The notes beneath the pieces are model-generated. The model was not told the DNA's origin and searched no databases. It saw nothing but the letters and a program-made list of their open reading frames with translations. A stretch of 64,000 nucleotides of DNA, taken from positions 32,001 through 96,000 of the IMG/VR virus record IMGVR_UViG_3300033418_000001. One strand, given 5' to 3'. Numbering within the stretch: position 1 is the first letter of the stretch; every line of letters begins with the position of its first letter. This document shows positions 63,735 through 64,000 of this stretch, in pieces. Origin of the DNA: a virus. The translations under genes and the position numbers were made by a program.

Positions 63735-63762
63735 ATAGTACCACAACGGGGGAGAATGTCAA
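63735..63762 (-). promoter_or_regulatory. sigma70-type promoter
   Basis: TTGACA-N16-TACTAT. Confidence 0.75.
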
Positions 63763-63960
63763 CTACTTTGCAGATGTCTGCACGGGCATAACACGCAAGA
63801 AGCGGAGGTGGGCGTAGTCGTACCGGTCCACCGTGCCGTCATCCCACTTCACGTGGACACTGCTCTTGTCCACGGAGGAGACTTCCCCTCTGCGGTGGGG
63901 CCACCATGAGTCGTACACTCGCACCCCCTTCGTGAGGGGAATCAACCTTGGCCTCACCAC
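63763..63960 (-). CDS. Small SH3-like hypothetical protein
   Basis: GVRVYD....RGEV....VHVKWDDG. Confidence 0.5.
   Translation of the reverse strand: MVRPRLIPLTKGVRVYDSWWPHRRGEVSSVDKSSVHVKWDDGTVDRYDYAHLRFLRVMPVQTSAK
63768..63783. repeat. 16-bp palindrome copy 19 (coding C-terminus, VQTSAK)
   Basis: TTGCAGATGTCTGCAC. Confidence 0.95.
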
Positions 63961-64000
63961 GCCAACCCGGCGGGCTTGGTCTCCGCAGCGAGAGCCTTGA

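Noticed and set aside
2032-63783. CRISPR array or IS ends as explanation of the palindrome
   Set aside because: Copies are kilobases apart, only 16 bp, embedded in intact genes; no transposase, target duplications or cas operon

Overview
64-kb segment of a GC-rich dsDNA tailed phage genome, siphovirus-like, with a probable Gram-negative host (spanin pair, sigma70-type promoters). Essentially all real genes are on the minus strand; the long plus-strand ORFs are GC-rich shadows. In transcription order (right to left) it holds: small early genes; a 256-aa coiled-coil gene followed by a ~500-nt non-coding structured region containing a circularly permuted tRNA-like domain; a replication/recombination block (primase, SSB, SF2 helicase, RecA, PD-(D/E)xK nucleases, RuvC); spanins and exported proteins; terminase; a truncated PPDK-like kinase with two CX5R phosphatases; DNA polymerase A; then portal, MuF, XkdF-type protease, scaffold, major capsid, head-tail and tail tube genes. 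No integrase is visible. Three signals stand out. (1) A peptide tag, K-[FYM]NPxH..GRF or K..HPREPxGxPxGGQF, occurs 13 times in 6 ORFs and each copy heads a different module (HD, ART-like, transglutaminase-like, zincin, GNAT, topoisomerase IB, zeta-like kinase, ParB-like), suggesting a protease-processed, capsid-loaded effector polyprotein system. (2) There are 19 exact copies of a 16-bp palindrome KTGCAGA(TG/CA)TCTGCAM, every ~1.4-6.8 kb, inside and between genes. (3) The permuted-tRNA-containing RNA is co-transcribed with the coiled-coil gene. All family assignments come from motif recognition by eye, not database searches.
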